From positions 4,836,001-4,900,000 of the forward strand of contig JBHGNT010000016.1 of assembly GCA_043228905.1 (NCBI GenBank): a DNA stretch of 64,000 nucleotides. The letters are read 5' to 3'. Under the pieces are notes generated by a model. The model did not search any database. It was given only the letters and a program-made list of their open reading frames with translations, and had not been told where the DNA came from. The position numbers and the translations under genes are program-made. Each line of letters begins with the position of its first letter. Within the stretch, counting starts at the first letter, position 1. This stretch comes from Azolla caroliniana. Taxonomy: Eukaryota > Plantae > Polypodiophyta. Below are positions 12,001 through 25,900 of the stretch, in pieces.

Positions 12001-15000
12001 AGAGGCGATACCAAAAACAAGAGGTTTCGACATTAATTTTCAAGTATTATTTTTTTATACTGTTGGATATTGCTTTCAGACAACCAACCAAATATAAAAC
12101 CAAGGAATGCATTAAGGGGTGGGAGACAAATTCAGTCCTTCAAATATTCAATTCTAGAAGTCTTGGATTCATTCCTAAAAGGCATGGGACACTAAGTTCT
12201 TGATCTGAGTTTTACGATTAGGGAGTGGAGTTTGTGCACACTTCAAGTTGAATTTTCCTAGCGCCATGGTTTATGAAAAGAATCTAATGTAATTTGAGAA
12301 AAGCAGTAAATCCTTCCCTGACAAGTTGTCTATTATTCACTGTTCAAGGAGAAGCTTTTGAATGAAGGTTTAGCTTGAAAGATAGTTGGTCTAACGTAAA
12401 ACAGAGGATAATGTGGATGGATCTCTTCACAATGGCTCTTCAACGGGATGCAGCGCCATAATTGTCTACATTCCATGAATTTCTTCCACATCAAAATTCT
12501 GAGAGGGTGTTAACCATGAACAGTTCCATGATAACGGCCTGACATGGTTGTTCACTAACCCCACCCTTATAAAAGGAAGGGCTCCATTTTATGTAACCGG
12601 TTATATTTCAACGCAGGCCACTCCTTTCTGAGGAATATTCATACTGCAGTACTTGTAAATTTCCTTTATATTCTCTCATGTGTAATTCTCTTAGTCTCTC
12701 CTTTGAGCCTTGTAAGAAATATTTCTCAAGCCACTGGTTGCATTAATTTATTCTAGAAGCAAAATGGTGGTGTCATCTAAAGTTTGAACATTAGCCTGTT
12801 TGTCTTTCTTATACCTCTAATGCTAAGTCCCTTAAGCGTCTCCCAGTTTGGGCACTATATATACGAACGACATTCTCTTCACAGCTTCCTGAGATGATGT
12901 AATCACGCCCATTCATGTAGTATGATCGTGTATAATTTTGACTACTTCCTGATGGTAGAATATCAAGCTTCATATGTAGTCTCCCATCAACAGCTAGATG
13001 CTGCCTAACCTGCAAGAAAAAGGCAAACATTAAACACCTGATGATAAGACTGCCAGCCTCAAGATTTGCATCCATGTTAATGATGAAAAAATACATTGGA
13101 AAAATACATGCCTTAAGAAGTCATATTAAGGTGGACTCTTCGTGGATGAACATGAGAAAGTAGTTTACCTCATTGTCAACGGCCGATGAGAGAAGATAAA
13201 AGTCATCCCGAGAAAAGCAGACCATAACATTTCCCCCAGTGCTCCGCACTGTATAAAGAGGCCTGCTTGCCCTTTGTCTCAAGTCCCACATCTTTATCTC
13301 CTTGTCAAATGACGAAGTTGTAAAGAGGTTTGGGGAATGATGAGCAAATTTCACAACATTGATATGTTGTTGGTGCAAGTCAGTGAAAATCTGAAGTTGT
13401 TTCCCGGTGCAAAGATCATATAGCCCAACATTTTTTGAGTAACCACTCGCAAGGAAATGCTCATCAGTACAATTTATGTGGACAGAAGTTAGCTGATCAA
13501 AGTTTTCATACGTGTAGATGGCAGCATTCCTTCGAATCTGCCCAGGAATCCTTGTAGGTCGCATGCGATTCACATCGTATAGCTGCAGTGAACCATCGTC
13601 AGATCCCGCAATAAGCTGTTGCATCAACAATATATCTACGTATTACCATCTTTTGCAAGCTCATGAACCAGAGTTATTGGAAGAAAACAGATATGCAGAC
13701 AGACCTTATTTGGATCTTTGTTAAGCCAGCACAAGCCAAGAATGCTATGAGTTGAACTATTAGATTGAATATGTCCCACTATCTTATCACTTTCATGATT
13801 GATAACTACTACCTCCCCATGCAGTGTACCAAACACCATTAGAGAGGGATCGCTCGGATGATATTCAAATTGACGAGGTCGGCATTTTCTGTTTAACTGG
13901 ACAGTAGACTTTTTTTGCTTACAAATAGGAACACATGATGGCCATGCACAAGATGACATTTTTAGCGCGCACATTGATCTTGTGAACGCCATTCCAACAG
14001 AACTGCTTCCTGCGATCCCCGCTCTTCTTTTTTTAGATGGATATGCTGACTTCCAATTCCATGTTTCTCTGTCTTTCAAAACATTCACAATACTCTCCCC
14101 CACGATGCGATTATTTGGCAAACTCTCGAAGTGTTCTACAAAGACAGAACATGCCTTTTCCCTTTCTGCTTGTGTCAAGGGTATATTATCCAGTATCTTC
14201 AAACCAGGTATTCTCGTAACAATGAACTCTCTATAATATTTCTCATAACAAATACGAGTAAGATTATCAGACCTGCCACGCCTGAGAAATGAAGGGTTAT
14301 TTTGCATGCTGATTGGATAATTCGGTTGTTTTTCCTCTGAATTTGTAGACATTCCTGGAGCTGTTGTTGGTGATAATGTGTTGATTCTCATGTCTTCTGT
14401 CTCTGTGATGCTTTCTCCTTCAATACAAAAATAATCAGGCCCAACTACTAAACTATAAGGGTTCTTCTCTGCATCCTCACTTACCACTCCATGAAGAAAA
14501 CTGCTAATCTCTTCCCTTGGCTCTTGCTCATTTTGTCCATTGAACAAATCTGCGTCATCGAACGCATGTTCATCCCCATCACCTTGGTAGTTCAAGTCAT
14601 CATCTACACTCATAGCATCAAATACATGTCCTTCAAAGTAGCCCTCGCTATCAGCTGAAGAGACTTCACTAGATGTATGATGAACAGGATGCAGCATCAT
14701 CGCTGAATAATCATCATCTGAAAATAAATTGTCATAATCACATCCGTCACTGGTTGAGGATTCTGATCCCTCTGAATCTAGATTCCCAAATTCATCTGCA
14801 TGCATTGGATTTCTATGCCATATATTTGCCAGATTCCTAATGGGTGTACTGTCCTCTAGGTAAGATGTTTCACTTGTCGAAACAGAACTACATCTCCCTG
14901 TACCTTCACAGCATCCACAACTCTGAAAGCGCAACTCAACCAGTGAAGAAACTTTTGATAAAACTGCACAAGTGGTCCACAGATTGGCAACCCTAGTTTC

Positions 15001-16970
15001 ACACATTGATAATCTAGCTAAATTTGGCATTGCTCTAAAGCAGCCCTCTGGCAATGTAGTCAAATGCATGCTGGAGTCCAACACAAGGGTGTGAAGCTGT
15101 GGAAACTGACCAATCATATCCAGTTTACGAGCTCTAGAGAAACTCAGATCTAAAATTTGGCATTGCATTCCTCTATGGAAAAGGTCCCTAACATAAATTA
15201 TTAAAATCAATAGGGAACACTCTAAACTTATACAAAAGGAGAAATCCTATTCAAACTTTTTTTACATACCTTAGCACATCCCTGCCAAACATTATCCTTT
15301 TGAAATCCACAAGTCTGAGTTTAAGTCCTATTGAACGCAAAATTCTCAACAGCATTAGTCCATATGTGGAATCTTTGTTGTGCACAACATCTACCGCATG
15401 GCATTCAGAACTTTCCAAATAAGAGAGCACATCAGCAAGAGGTAGTAAATCTGTTTCTGTTAACTGTTCGAGATTTAACTTCAAGATACCAAGTTTGGCC
15501 TGTACATTCAATGAAGCAGTTAACAATGACTGTTTAAACTGTCTTTAGCATCAAAATACCAATTTTGGCCTCTATATTGAATGCACTGATAAATAATGCT
15601 AAAATTAAAAAGACTTGTTTAATGATACATCTATATCAGCATCATTATTCAACCAAAAAAATGTACAAAAACATACCTTTATAATGGCACTTTGTATTTC
15701 AGAATGTAATAAGACACCGTGCTTTTCGCAAGCCTCAATATACCTAAGAAAATTGAATATCATCCTAAAGTTAAAACATGAATACAACAAGAGATGAAAA
15801 TTGTCATTATAAAGGACTAGCGTTAATGGAAGAAGAAAGAAAGTAATAATCAGATATGTAAGGTTACCACGTTACTCATGGAAGGAGATATTGAAAAATG
15901 TGACAATACCCTAAATTCTCAAGGACAAGAAATTTTTTTGATGATGGTGACATAATGTTTCATCTATCTATCTATCTATCTGCCAAATAAGGCATGCATT
16001 AACTGCATAAAAATACATCAGAATTGCAGTGTAGCCTAAATATTCAGACTCCAATTAGGAAGGGTTACCTCTCTCCCAGTTGAATTTACTTTTAAAGAAG
16101 GGTGGCTAGTTCCATTCTTTTTCTCTACTGCTCCTCTTTTTTTTTCTTTTCCCATAAAATGTATAGCATCATACAACATTATAAATACAAACTCACAAGA
16201 TCATCGTCAAACATCAGAGACACTGCATTGGTTGCAAATCTCACATCACAGACTGGATATTCCAGAAATTAAATGTTAAGATTGTAACACTAATGGACAA
16301 ATAAGCACTCCATGCGGTGACAAATATTCGGACAACTAAACAGGATCAATACATTGCATGTATATTTATAAGAAATATCAAATATTAACAAGTACTTCTA
16401 ACACAGCTATGACTGATTCAGTTAAGCAAACTAACCACAATCATTCTCCATACAGAGATATTTTACTTTAAAAGGAAGACAAGAATGTCATCAAGAATTC
16501 TAGAATTATCTCAATTCTTGGAAGCCCCAAACCTAAACCATAGATCCACCATATCCCATTCTTTGAAACTTGTCTCAAAGTGCCACAAGTGTTCACCAAT
16601 TGAAACTATGATAAACAACATTTGACTCGACTTCAGATAAAGGTTTTCTGTCCACAAAGAACCACTCAATCCATGGTTTATTATTATCAATTACAAAATC
16701 GGCCTATTAAGATCATTACCATGGATCTTCAGCAAATTTAAAGCTTTTATTTTCAGTAAGGATAACCTGAGGCTATCAGCGCAAGATCATGTGATTAAAA
16801 TCCACGCATCTCTGTTAGTCATATATCACTTCCTCTAAACTAAAAACCACATCAATGTGCCAAACTAATGACCTCACGGTCTCCGAACAGTTGCTACAGA
16901 AAGCTCAATTACGGAAGACAAACCTAGAGGATAATGTGGATGCAGTGTCTGAGATCGGAGGCGCCGCCAT
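3001..16970 (-). CDS. DHU1: DWD hypersensitive to UV-B 1-like protein (LRR N-terminus, WD40 C-terminus), about 890 aa, 9 exons
   Basis: Exons 16970-16924, 15743-15677, 15499-15270, 15187-13705, 13615-13169, 13009-12815, 11644-11588, 11508-11446, 3084-3001. All junctions are GT-AG and phase-consistent (2673 nt). Motifs PRQFEYHPSDPSLMVFGTLHGEVVV, HINVVKFAHHSP, NYTRSYYMNGRDYIISGSCEE, YVQSLRGDPFRDF and EILK|VNLLAS follow Arabidopsis DHU1 as I recall it. Confidence 0.9.
4150..4425 (+). mobile_element. Degraded LINE reverse transcriptase, N-terminal part
   Basis: Translates as KVRNVIDRLQFGKAQDRDGL...LPLACIFNRA...PIFK...SYRTIIIGHYMPKL, resembling the LINE RT motifs KAPGPDG, PIFK and NYRPISL. Confidence 0.7.
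5284..9555 (+). pseudogene. Copia gag-pol polyprotein, disrupted
   Basis: Zn knuckle CKYCKGIDHIIKNC, protease WYFDNGATKH, integrase HARFGH/VHSD/DRGGE, RT YVDD, RNase H DSDWAG and ARTKHIEV. Lesions: TGA at 6919, +1 G in the G-run at about 7147-7154, TAG at 7322, -1 at about 9137, TAG at 9445. Confidence 0.9.
9636..9793 (+). repeat. Six tandem 25-27 bp units in U3 of the copia 3' LTR
   Basis: Consensus A(G/A)TGATGTG(TG)TGAACACACTTAGGAC, unit lengths 27,25,27,27,25,27. The 5' LTR has a single copy at 4860-4885. Confidence 0.95.
9901..10230 (+). mobile_element. Degraded LINE reverse transcriptase, catalytic region
   Basis: ATA TAT GCT GAT GAC ATT GAA TTT ATC TCT GAA = IYADDIEFISE, with YADD at 10021-10032. 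Same strand as, and collinear with, the fragment at 4150-4425. Confidence 0.7.
11990..12790 (+). mobile_element. Very degraded copia RNase H end plus probable 3' LTR in DHU1 intron 6
   Basis: Residual GDTK-R-ST-like and EDNV-DLFT-AL-like peptides. Purine tract GAGAGGG at 12501-12507 is followed directly by TGTT (12508) through ...AACA (12790), with an internal TATAAAA. Confidence 0.5.
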
Positions 16971-16994
16971 AGCGACGAGCTTCTTCGCTTCGAT

Positions 16995-16997
<3 letters not shown>

Positions 16998-17031
<34 letters not shown>
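16998..17031. repeat. (TA)n microsatellite just upstream of the DHU1 start codon
   Basis: Uninterrupted TA run about 30 bp 5' of the ATG at 16970. Confidence 0.9.
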
Positions 17032-17040
<9 letters not shown>

Positions 17041-17226
17041 ATACAGAAGTCGGTCTTTCTTCTTTCTTCGTCTGTGTTTGATGTTGTTGTCGTTCGTTTA
17101 CTAAAGCGCAGAGAGAGAGAGAGAGAGAGCCGGTGGGTTGTCCTTTCATTTCTGCGATGAATGATAGGTTGGGTGGGTCTATAAAAGTGTGTAGCCTCGT
17201 CTCTCTACGTCCTCTTATCGCCATCA

Positions 17227-17555
17227 TTGTCATCGCGATCAATTAGTGTATAATTTGTTGTCGCAATCAATCACTGTATAATGTGTTGTCGCGGTTTATC
17301 GGTGTGTAATTTGTTGTCGCGATCGATTAGTGTATAATTTGTTTCCGTGATCAATGAGTGTATAATTTGTCGTCCCGATCAATCAATCGGTGTATAATTT
17401 TTTGTCGTCACAATCAATTAGTACATAATTGTTTCATCCTTTGTTGTCATGATCGAATAGTGTATAATTGGTCGTTGAGATCAGTTAGTGGACAAATTGT
17501 CACTATGATCAATTAGTTTATAAGTTGACATTCACGATTGATTATTGTATAATGT
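17227..17555. repeat. Degenerate tandem array of about 28-bp units (about 11 copies) upstream of DHU1
   Basis: Consensus TTGTCGCGATCAATTAGTGTATAATTTG repeated head-to-tail, decaying towards the right. Confidence 0.85.
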
Positions 17556-18477
17556 CTATATAATCATTGCCTTCACTTAGAAAGAACGATATACTTTGTA
17601 ACTATATGTTGAGATTTGACCCCAAGACCTAGTGTTGATAACATATATCTTGCTGCTAATAATAGCCTACATTGCTTGACCACTTACGTCATATTTCTCC
17701 CTAATGGACCGAATCAGGAATCATGGTTCCTTGGGAATAAGGTTTTACCATCAAAGCTCACAAAAGTCAATTTGTTACTATTGCCAATAAGAATTCCAAC
17801 TTCAAATGTATATGAATATCAAAATTTCCCTTTGTGGACCAAACAATGGAGAGTAGTTATTAACATCATCCTTACAAACTAAACGAACAAGACATTACTT
17901 CTTCGAATGTTGGCTCGTTGGAAAAAACAATTGAATGGGCAAAATTGCTTGAAATACCAAAGAATCCGATTGGCTAAACAAATAACATTATGAACTTAGA
18001 TTGGCTTCAGCTAATATCATATAAAGATCTTCAACATGGTCCTATCCAAGATATATATGTCGGTAGCTCTTTTTAACATCCATGACAGAATGATGTGTGA
18101 TTTATGGGTAGCTCATTGAAGCAAGAGAAGCACCTTCACAATCTAGTGATGATCAGTTACATCCAAGGGTAATGACAAAATATGAGAGAGATAGCGAGAG
18201 AGTTGAAAGATTATTCATCCAAGGTACTGAAATCAAATTGTACAAATAATTGTGGGTGCCAACACAAACTTCAAATTTATGAACTCCATGGCATAAAAAC
18301 TTTATGGCTTCACACACATTACAGATGTTAAAATAACTAAAATCTCTTTTCAAAATAGAAGACAAATTAAAATCTTTTTCCCATATGCAAATAGGATTTT
18401 AAAATCTCTTGCTAAAGTGGACCATATAACTTGTCACTAAGTATTGGGATAGAAGTCAGGATGGTGTGACACATAAT

Positions 18478-18844
18478 CATTGGTTGAAAAAACACAATCA
18501 GGTGGACAAAGATATATACATGAAGAGTATATTGTTGATATAGTTCATGGAGAGCATGTTGATATAGTTCATTTACAACATATTAACATTATGAGCACAC
18601 AAAAGGTGTGTCCATATTTATTAAGATAACCAATGCATGTAGAATTCAAGATATACATAATGCATTGGTTGAAAAAACACGATGAAGTGGACAACGGTAC
18701 AACAAAATGAGTGAGTACATAGTTCATGGAGAGTATATTGTTGATATAGTTCATTTACAACAAATTAACATTATGAGCACACAAAAGGTGCGTCCATATT
18801 TATCAAAAAACCAATGCATGTAGAATTCAAGATATACATAATGC
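18478..18844. repeat. Tandem duplication of about 185 bp
   Basis: CATTGGTTGAAAAAACAC...GAATTCAAGATATACATAATGC occurs twice (about 18478-18663 and 18664-18844). Confidence 0.85.
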
Positions 18845-19649
18845 TAATATGACCATAAAAATCCTAAACAATGAACAAAAGTAACTCATTGGAGTACTCA
18901 TTCTCATATAGAATATTCCACAGCTTCAAAATTAAACTAGAGAGAATTACAAAAATCTAGAGATACCATCAAATCATTGATTGAGTTCAATTCCCAACAC
19001 CATGGAGATATTAATGGTGGACAGAGGAGTTAGGTCAATTGAGTGAGCATGTAACATCCAAAACACACAATCCATAGGTTATTACAAGCCTACCCATATA
19101 AAGAGTATCATAGTTAATGAAGTATGAAGTTTCTCAAATCATTCTTGTGTTCCACTGATTAGAACAGAATATTTACTCTTCTGAGGAGTTGATTTTCAGC
19201 TCACCAACATTATCAGAGGCGACAACAAATGAACATAATCTACTTTGGTCATAGATTTGCAATAAGGTATGCAAGGAATGAAGAACAGCTGTAAAATTAC
19301 AAGAAATGTGAAGAGCCAAAGACTATATAAAAAGGCTCTCAGCAAAGCCATCGAATCATATTTCACATGTTGGTATAGCCCGATACCCATTTTTAATATT
19401 ACTCTAGAGCGATGACAGTGAAACAATTGAACTTGATACACCCAGACTCCCATTTTCCGTGTTGCCAGACATGTCTGTAGATAAATGTGTAGAGAAAGCA
19501 TAAAACACAAATCATGAAAACTGATATCGCCTAACATGTAGAATAGAGTTTTCCATTAAGGGAGCATAACAACAACAAAAAAACCCAGTAGATTTCGTGG
19601 CATATAAAACCTACTTGCTGATAATCCAACTTTATAATGATGGAATGTG

Positions 19650-20126
19650 TTATAATGACTGAAGAACCATGGGTCCAAGTCGATTTGATAAGAAGGGAGG
19701 CTCAACAGCTGCAGCAACTCGTTGACGAAGGTTGAACTTCTGAGCAATGAGAGGTCTTACATCATCAACACCAACCAACGTCTCCAAAAAAGGCAACAAA
19801 CCCGCTAGAGCAGAATCAGATTGATCATCAAACCAACTCTCTATCGGAATGCCGTTGTCCACTTGAAAACCAAAAGCCTGAAAACATAAAAATACATCAC
19901 TTAGGGGATCAACAGACTTGTGAAACTGTAAGTTACTGTTTTCAATATTTTTCGTCAAATACACCTTTGTTGTCATTACTTCCCCAACTTCCCCATGTAT
20001 AATTGCCCAAATAGCACATGTAATTAAGCAAAAGGCAATGAATTGTACATATGAATTCTCAAATAGCACTCAATAGCTTGTCAAGTTGGAGAAACAACCT
20101 TTGCAACAATAAAAAGACAGAAATAA

Positions 20127-20160
<34 letters not shown>

Positions 20161-21930
20161 GAGGAGAGTTATCGACGATCACCATCTTAGAAAGATCTCT
20201 ACCCAGCACTGTAAGGTCTTTCAAATAATTGCCCTCAAATAATACACATGAATCACGGAAAACACGATGGCGTATGAGCTTTCTCTTTGGATCCAAGATG
20301 TTAAGCAACTGTTCTGCATAAACACTCTGACTTGCTGTAAATACAATGATTTCAAAGAGTTGTGAAACCCTTTCCATGAATGTTTGCAGATGAGGTCTGC
20401 ATCGAACATACACAGTGTACTGTTGACAATTGAACATTACAGGAAATGTAAAGTCAGCATTCTCACAATGCTCTAGGGTGGAGTGAACCAATGTCTCTGC
20501 AAACGACAAGATTGCACCATAAGACCAATAACACATCTATATACAATACTTGTTCACAGGAATAACACATATAGATGGACTAATAGTTACTGGAATAAAA
20601 TATCCAACTATGTGACCAATAACACATCTACATACAATACTTGTTCACAGGAAAACAACAACAGAGTAAGCACATGAATAAGTATGCATTAGCTTCATCT
20701 GTCTAAAAACAAATACCAAGTATCAACAGAGCATTCAGCGTCCTTTCTAGTTTTTCAAAGTCATTAATGTATAGAAAGCATGTAAACTAACCATCGAGAT
20801 CCAAAACAAGGGTAATTGGTGGGCATCGACGAGTCTGTTTCGGAAGCAACGACGTACAACGAGATGTGGAAACAACTTCTGAAACAGAGGGCAAGTGTTT
20901 GATAAAAAGGTAGGGATCAAAATCATCATAATCATCATTATCATTATGCCCATCTTCGCCATCATTATGAACACGTTCAGCACTTTCATGGACAGTTTCC
21001 AGCTTGGTCTCAGGACTTATACACGCCAACATTCCTGCACCACAGTGCTTGTCCACATCCATCCTATCAGGGGATTGAGTAGGATCTCTATTTTCATCAT
21101 TGCTCAATGACTCTACGTGATTCTCTCTTCTATCATCATCCAGATCCGCATGATCAATTGATCTAGATATCAGACATGTTGACGATGACATCTCCATTGT
21201 GATGTCACCACCATGGCCTTCTTCTGCATTTCAGTGATTAGTTAGGTTTAACTACAGAAAACGATACTTAGCATATCCCCATGAAATAAATTATACTTAT
21301 TATCACAAAGATTTACCACTTGTAGTACAGCAGCTATTAGATGCATCACCTCCGGTCGAGCCATTAAACAAGTGGAAAACTGGAGAGAAAATAGTCGCTA
21401 ATCCCGATGATCCTTCCTATCATTATTAACATATATATAAATATCTATGAATAAAACATATTCCACATCAAAAGTTACATAATCAGAAGAGGAAAAAACC
21501 AAGTTCACCTTCTGCCCAGATGAATTAATACTAGAAAACGCCAATCGAAGATCTTGAGAAGTTTCTTCACTTCCTGAGGAATTAAGCTGTGAAAGGACCC
21601 TGGACGCTTTAATTCTGGTTGATGTTCGTCTTACGTGTTCACGAGCTACACCTATGTTTTTCAAAAACACACACATTTATATATAACCGCATGATCAGCT
21701 AATGAAATTCGTATCTCGTCACAGTACAGAGATACTAATTCTGAGAATGGCCTCTCACCATGCTTTGGTTTCTTTGATGAGGATGTGATCATCATTGTTG
21801 CTGCAACATTTCTTTGATCTGCAGCTGCTTTTCCTGTTTTTGATCTCCTATTAGTATTATTATTGTCACTTGATACTGGTTTCATTCGATTCTTTTGTGA
21901 GCTTTCTCTCGTCTTCATCTTTGTTTTCAT
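19650..21930 (-). CDS. SCP1-like small CTD phosphatase (CTDSPL2/Dullard-type HAD, NIF domain), about 470 aa, 6 coding exons
   Basis: Exons 21930-21759, 21651-21509, 21416-21317, 21223-20792, 20496-20159, 19877-19650 (1413 nt, in frame). The catalytic TLVLDLDETLVHS motif spans an intron. Also [35 protein letters not shown] and [11 protein letters not shown]. Confidence 0.92.
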
Positions 21931-22937
21931 CAAAATCCTGAGTTTTTTTTTCTCTTGAAAGAGACCTTTTTGCAAAAGAAATTCAAGCAGGGGGCAATAT
22001 GACACTTTTCAGCATCAATAACGACAAAAGGGCTGCAAAGACATTGAAGAAGAGCAGGACAAAATAGAAGAGATATGGGAATGGGTTAGTAAAATGAAAT
22101 TTCCATAATGTGATTCACAGAACACAAAGTTTCAACAACATTCGTCAGGATCAATATAATTCTTATTAATGAGATCTCAAAAAATGAGAGCTTTTCCTTT
22201 AAAAAAACAGATCAAAATATCTTTCCGTCACACCTTGACTCATTTCGCGCACTAACGAACAATGTGATAGAAAGCAGTGAGCATTTCTCACACTGAGGAA
22301 CAATGAATCATTTTTTTAAGTTATCATGGCCGCAATGAGAACTAGGTGAAAAGACGAAAATTGCTGCTACCTATTTGCAACATTCAGAATGTATTAAGCT
22401 GAGTAATTAGAGACGATGAACACAATATCAGTTATCGTTGTTAAAGGTCAACCAAGAGATGTGGAGATAACACGCGCTATTTTAAAAGAATTAACCAAGA
22501 GAATCGATCCGGCAACATTTTCAAAGACGGAACAGAGTAAACAATAAAGGAAAAAAAGCTGAAAAAAACGAGGAATGATATGGAATCGAAAGAACCCGAC
22601 GGAACAGCAAAGACTTCGCATAAGAGATATTTGTTTGATACAGAGAAACGAAAGTGAGATCACAAACGTTGGCGAACCATACCTGATGAAACTTCGAGAA
22701 GCAAAGAAGACAGGCAGACAGCGATGGGGCCGGGTGCAGATGGCGAAAATCAGATGAAGAATAAGAAGGTGAAGAATCTTTCTACTTATCGGCGCAGAGG
22801 ACAAGAGGTATCTTTCTTCTTCTGTACAATTACGAGGAAGGAAAGCGAGAAGCAGAAGAAGATGTTTCCTTTTTCCTTCTTCTTCTTCTTCTTTTTCTTC
22901 CTGCCTGTCTGTCTATCTGTATCTAGTACACTTTCAA

Positions 22938-22938
<1 letters not shown>

Positions 22939-22970
<32 letters not shown>
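22939..22970. repeat. (CT)n/(GA)n microsatellite in the probable 5' leader or promoter of the phosphatase gene
   Basis: Visible CT run. A (CTT)n run also lies at about 23376-23410. Confidence 0.85.
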
Positions 22971-22972
<2 letters not shown>

Positions 22973-25900
22973 ACACAGAGAGACACTTCCAATCTCTGCA
23001 AAAGGGGGGGCGATGGGATGGTCTTTGAGAGAAGAAAAAGCAAGGCAATGGGAGAAGGATCAAAAGGAAGAAAGCAAAAAAAGAAAAAAACACAGAGGAA
23101 AACAGAGCGCGAGAGGGAGGAGGAGAAAGGGAAGGGGGAGAATTAGGGTTTCCGTTTGACAGAGACAGAGACAGAGACAGGGGAGAGAGGATAAGGGTTT
23201 GCACAGAGTTAGTGGGGTCCTATTTTTCTATTTTTCTATTTTTCTATTTTTCTATTTTTTTCCCCCCCAAATTATTTAATTTTTCCCACTTTTTGAAACT
23301 TTTCCTGCATTTTATTTCTTATTATTCTTTATTTATTTTGTTCTCTCTCTTTCCCTACATTTTATGTCCTCTTTTTCTTCTTCTTCTTCTTCTTCTTCTT
23401 CTTCTTCTTTCCGCAGATTTGTGTTGTAAAAATTGTTTTCAGCTTCGTTTTTTTCTCGTTTCGAATGAAAATAAATAAACAAACAAATCAATCAATTATA
23501 AACGATAAAAATAAAATCAATAAATAAATAAAATACGCAAAAGAAATTTATATGGAAACGGAAGGGGAAAAAAAAAAAAACTGTGGCGTTTTTTTTTGCG
23601 CTTTCCTGCGCGCCGAGCCCCCCCCCCGAAAAATGAAAATAAGAAAAAGAAAAAGAATTACAAAAAGCAGAGGATTGAGAAAAGAGGAGCATTTTTGTCC
23701 GGACACGTGTGAAACAGACACATTTTGAAACCTCTTTACTATTTTTCTCGTTTGAATTTTTTGAAAATTTCTAACCTTGCCCTCACCCCGCCCCCTTTCC
23801 CTCCTTTTTTTCGAATTTTCCATTTTCTATTTAGTTTTCCATTTTTTTCATTTTCCATTTTCCACTCATCACTTTATTCACCTTCTTCTCCGTATAACCT
23901 CGTTAAACTTACTACCCACATGGATGTCATTACGAAAGTTATCGACATACCTCTATCTTGTGCCAGTAGCCCTCCTTACATCGCCGCACTATAACACAAC
24001 CAATTCAAACCACTATTTGATTGATCATATCAATATGCATGGTGTGTTGTTTGTGTGAATCGTTTTGTCAATGAATAGCATTAACTATTCATCTAAAATG
24101 TATTCGTTGTAATGTTATATGTATCATACATTGTCCACATTAAGCCCTTGAATTCTTATGTTGAATAGCGTGATAGACACAATTACCATCCATGCGAGGT
24201 TCGTTTTCCCAACTTGTCGATCCTTACCCAATTATGCATTAACATTGTAAAACAAAAAACAAGGGATTAAGGTTTTTCCTTTCCCATAAGGAAATGTTAA
24301 AATTTCACTACAATACTAAAGAAAGAACTGCACCTTTGTGAAATTGATAAATTATATAATATTATGTATGCACGTACATATGGATATGTTTGTGCACACT
24401 ACAAAATATCAAGCTACATTAAGCAAATAAACCTTAAGGCCTAGGGATCAATTCATGCTACATGACCTTCGTGAGAGTTGGGACGAATTTTTTTCATTTA
24501 TGCATGCTCAACTCGTTCATAGCTTGTTCGCATGCTAGCTTGCAAGTTGCGACCTCTAATTATCACCGTGCTTAACATTATTCTCAAAAATCAATTATTA
24601 GTTTATTGATACAGTACATTTAATGGCTTCATTCATTTCTAGAAGGTTGACTAGTCAAATTATAGAGTAATTGAAAAATTGTAATCTAAGAAATATGAAA
24701 ATGGGGGGCATTTTCAGAATTAAAAACATGCAAATGTTGAGAAAACAAAGTCTTCTTTAGAATTATCCAAGCTTATCTCTTCAAATAGATGATGAATAAA
24801 GCAAAAAATTTCATCGAAGACTTTGAAATTGTCATGAACCTAAGTAACAATAGGATACGAAAATCATATGGAATATATGAAATGTACAAAGGGTGAAAAA
24901 AACAAGGGAAAATAGGCAAGTGAGATTCGCAACTTGCATTTTTAACTAAAATGTTGGGACAATGTGTAAAACCTCCTTATAGTTTGAGAATTGCCTCTTT
25001 CCTACCTAATGTGTGTGATATAATTAGATAACGAGGATATTTCAAAACGGCCTAGACGAAACCTCCCCTTTGTAATGTAAATAAATGCATATGGAATAAT
25101 TAGATAAGTGGATCTTTTAGGAGATTCTAGACGTATTGCATATGGGATAATTAGAAAAGACGGTGACAACCATACATAGGTCATTGTTATATGGGAAATT
25201 CATGTGCTTGAAGTACAAGTGCCATTATTAATGCAGCCAGCTCGAACATATTTTTGTTAGGTAGATCCAACTTTTGGTCGTGCGTTCCAATGAATTTTCT
25301 CAACTATCTTATAGAATACTACTTCATAACCAACATTTGTCAACTATCATCCATCATATATATTTCAAATATCAAACAAACCATGAGCACATAGGTTAAA
25401 CATGCCTTCCAATTGCTCTAGTCATTACACACACTCATAAACTTCCCTCGATCTTACATTTATGCTCGTTCCCAATGGTTATGGACACACTATGAATGTA
25501 TCTTGAGTTTTTGAACAATATTCATTGACTTGCATCATCCCTTATCTAAGAGTTAAGAGTCCCTTGATGATTTTGCATTCATTAGCACTCTTCAATGAGG
25601 CATGCTAACCAACACTTTCCACAACACTACTCTATTTTCTTTCCCGAGGTGAACATGTAGAACTTGTAGGTTGAACCTAAATAAGAATCTTTAGGTTTTG
25701 GATTTGGATTTACAATCCATGCATGGCCTACAATGTTGTTTGCTAGATTTAAGGCATGTTTGTTGAAAAGTCTTCTTTAACATTGCATTGCCCTCCTTAT
25801 TCCATTCAAGGAGAACGTGGAATCCATACTTGGTAACTTTGAACTCCCTGCATACAAGTCATCCTCTTGAAGTAAGTTGCAATTCTTATAAGTCAAATAG

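Noticed and set aside
17227-17555. 28-bp repeats as a CRISPR array or bacterial -10 boxes (TATAAT)
   Set aside because: No spacers, degenerate head-to-tail units, and a plant nuclear context.
22448-24058. Cluster of 60-140 aa ORFs on both strands
   Set aside because: These are low-complexity Phe/Lys/Ser translations of microsatellite-rich leader and promoter DNA of the phosphatase gene.
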